A DNA stretch of 7,207 nt, from the IMG/VR virus record IMGVR_UViG_2541047595_000010; one strand, 5' to 3'. A program made the translations under genes and the position numbers. Below, one piece after another: positions 5,223-7,207 of this stretch (its first letter is position 1; each line of letters starts with the position of its first letter). Source of the stretch: a virus (taxonomy: Duplodnaviria; Heunggongvirae; Uroviricota; Caudoviricetes). The notes under the pieces are model-generated. The model searched no databases. It saw nothing but the letters and a program-made list of their open reading frames with translations, and had not been told where the DNA came from.

Positions 5223-7207
5223 ATGAGTAAAGTCTTTATTTGCGCCGCTATTCCTGACGAACTGGCAACAAGGGAAGAAGGCGCTGTGGCTGTAGCCACA
5301 GCCATTGAAGCTGGCGACGAACGCCGTGCTCGAGCAAAATTTCACTGGCAATTCCTGGAACATTATCCGGCTGCTCAGGACTGCGCTTATAAATTTATTG
5401 TCTGCGAGGATAAACCTGGCATACCCCGCCCTGCCCTCGATTCATGGGATGCTGAATATATGCAGGAAAACCGCTGGGATGAGGAGTCTGCTTCTTTTGT
5501 CCCGGTTGAGACTGAATCCGATCCGATGAACGTCACTTTTGACAAGCTGGCCCCTGAAGTACAGAACGCTGTCATGGTTAAGTTCGACACATGTGAAAAC
5601 ATCACCGTTGATATGGTTATTAGCGCACAGGAATTGTTGCAGGAAGACATGGCAACATTCGACGGACATATCGTTGAAGCGTTGATGAAAATGCCAGAAG
5701 TTAACGCCATGTATCCGGAGCTTAAGTTGCACGCCATTGGGTGGGTTAAGCATAAATGTATTCCTGGTGCTAAATGGCCCGAAATTCAGGCAGAGATGCG
5801 CATCTGGAAAAAACGTCGCGAAGGTGAACGCAAGGAAACCGGAAAATACACGTCTGTTGTTGATCTCGCCCGCGCCAGAGCCAATCAACAGTACACTGAA
5901 AATTCAACAGGAAAAATCAGCCCGGTCATTGCTGCCATTCATCGCGAATACAAGCAGACATGGAAAACACTGGATGACGAACTGGCCTACGCTCTCTGGC
6001 CTAGTGATGTGGATGCCGGAAACATTGACGGCAGCATCCATCGCTGGGCAAAAAAAGAAGTTATCGACAACGACCGCGAAGACTGGAAGCGTATCTCGGC
6101 ATCAATGCGCAAACAGCCTGATGCCCTTCGCTACGACCGCCAAACTATTTTTGGCCTTGTCCGTGAGCGTCCGATCGACATTCACAAAGATCCCGTAGCA
6201 CTGAACAAATATATCTGCGAATACCTGACGACAAAGGGCGTGTTTGAGAATGAAGAAACAGACCTGGGCACTGTTGATGTTCTCCAGTCATCAGAAACAC
6301 AAACTGATGCAGTGGAAACTGAGGTATCTGATATCCCAAAAAATGAAACCGCGCCGGAAGCTGAACCATCTGTAGAGCGTGAGGGGCCGTTCTATTTCCT
6401 CTTCGCAGATAAGGACGGAGAAAAATACGGTCGCGCAAACAAACTCTCTGGTCTGGATAAGGCACTGGCTGCTGGCGCCACTGAAATCACAAAAGAAGAA
6501 TATTTTGCCCGAAAAAATGGCACATACACGGGCTTACCGCAAAATGTAGATACCGCTGAAGATTCAGAACAACCAGAGCCGATAAAAGTTACCGCTGACG
6601 AAGTAAACAAAATTATGCAGGCAGCCAATATCAGCCAGCCTGACGCCGATAAGTTGCTTGCTGCATCACGTGGTGAATTTGTTGAAGGGATTAGTGACCC
6701 GAATGATCCGAAATGGGTTAAGGGGCTCCAGACCCGCGATTCTGTGAACCAGAACCAGCATGAATCGGAACGGAACTACCAAAAAGCGGAACAAAACAGT
6801 CCAAATGCGTTACAAAACGAGCCAGAAACGAAACAGCCTGAACCAGTAGCGCAACAGGAAGTGGAAAAAGTCTGCACCGCCTGCGGTCAGACCGGCGGCG
6901 GCAACTGCCCTGATTGTGGCGCGGTGATGGGCGACGCAACATACCAAGAAACATTCGATGAAGAGTATCAGGTTGAAGTTCAGGAAGATGATCCGGAGGA
7001 AATGGAAGGCGCTGAACATCCACACAAGGAGAACACTGGCGGCAATCAGCATCACAATAGCGATAATGAAACTGGCGAGACGGCAGATCACCCAATTAAG
7101 GTGAACGGTCATCACGAAATCACATCCACCAGCAGGACGTGTGACCATCTAATGATCGACCTTGAAACCATGGGAAAAAATCCTGATGCCCCGATCATCT
7201 CAATAGG
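5223..7207 (+). CDS. Large ydfE-like early protein, 3'-partial (at least 661 codons, runs off window end): Cys4 zinc ribbon, acidic low-complexity linkers, start of a DnaQ-like 3'-5' exonuclease domain
   Basis: ATG at 5223 with SD GAGG 9 nt upstream; hand translation of 661 codons shows no stop. Not in the ORF track because no stop lies in the window. C-x2-C-x9-C-x2-C at 6873-6917; MIDLETMGKNPDAPIISIG at 7152-7207 resembles the DEDD Exo I motif. Occupies the recE position of Rac-type prophages. Confidence 0.85.
   Translation, partial: MSKVFICAAIPDELATREEGAVAVATAIEAGDERRARAKFHWQFLEHYPAAQDCAYKFIVCEDKPGIPRPALDSWDAEYMQENRWDEESASFVPVETESDPMNVTFDKLAPEVQNAVMVKFDTCENITVDMVISAQELLQEDMATFDGHIVEALMKMPEVNAMYPELKLHAIGWVKHKCIPGAKWPEIQAEMRIWKKRREGERKETGKYTSVVDLARARANQQYTENSTGKISPVIAAIHREYKQTWKTLDDELAYALWPSDVDAGNIDGSIHRWAKKEVIDNDREDWKRISASMRKQPDALRYDRQTIFGLVRERPIDIHKDPVALNKYICEYLTTKGVFENEETDLGTVDVLQSSETQTDAVETEVSDIPKNETAPEAEPSVEREGPFYFLFADKDGEKYGRANKLSGLDKALAAGATEITKEEYFARKNGTYTGLPQNVDTAEDSEQPEPIKVTADEVNKIMQAANISQPDADKLLAASRGEFVEGISDPNDPKWVKGLQTRDSVNQNQHESERNYQKAEQNSPNALQNEPETKQPEPVAQQEVEKVCTACGQTGGGNCPDCGAVMGDATYQETFDEEYQVEVQEDDPEEMEGAEHPHKENTGGNQHHNSDNETGETADHPIKVNGHHEITSTSRTCDHLMIDLETMGKNPDAPIISI

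Noticed and set aside
4945-5305. Minus-strand ORFs 4945..5160 and 5090..5305
   Set aside because: Antisense to ydfD and to the 5' end of the ydfE-like gene; no support.
5305-7148. Track ORFs 5305..5529(+), 5387..5737(-), 5442..5888(-), 5737..6198(+), 6145..6465(-), 6392..6628(-), 6718..7095(-), 6810..7148(-)
   Set aside because: All lie inside the uninterrupted 661-codon plus-strand frame starting at 5223 (other frames or antisense); the long frame with SD and operon context is far more plausible.
1-7207. CRISPR arrays, tRNA or rRNA genes
   Set aside because: No regularly spaced direct repeats with unique spacers and no tRNA-like or rRNA-like sequence seen; the only periodic repeats are the ori iterons.

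Overview
The window reads as the immunity and early region of a Qin-type (dicBF) lambdoid prophage of E. coli/Shigella, bordered on the left by the terminal 91 bp of an IS3-family (IS629-like) element. All gene names come from my recall of the E. coli K-12 Qin locus plus exact length matches; nothing was searched. Layout, left to right: IS end (1-91); then a minus-strand operon running right to left from dicC (76 aa, 2995->2765), through a cII-position ORF (173 aa), a replication initiator (about 321-339 aa) carrying five 23-bp iterons and three 12-bp repeats (putative ori), a 140-aa ORF, and a methyltransferase that looks 3'-truncated (118 aa), followed by an AT-rich palindromic spacer and a 36-aa ORF. 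Divergent from dicC on the plus strand: dicA (135 aa), a candidate repressible promoter, ydfA (51 aa), ydfB (42 aa), ydfC (72 aa), a ~340-nt GC-rich structured untranslated segment, DicF sRNA with terminator, dicB (62 aa), ydfD (63 aa, overlapping dicB as ATGA), and a large ydfE-like ORF of at least 661 codons that runs off the window end. ydfA, ydfB and the ydfE-like ORF are absent from the supplied ORF track (too short, or no stop in window). Most of this is a known, studied locus, so novelty is limited. The items most worth follow-up are the intact ydfE-like protein (Cys4 zinc ribbon, acidic linkers, DnaQ-like exonuclease motif at the window edge), the uncharacterised small proteins, the structured leader before DicF, and the truncated methyltransferase next to an IS border. 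No tRNA, rRNA or CRISPR array was seen.
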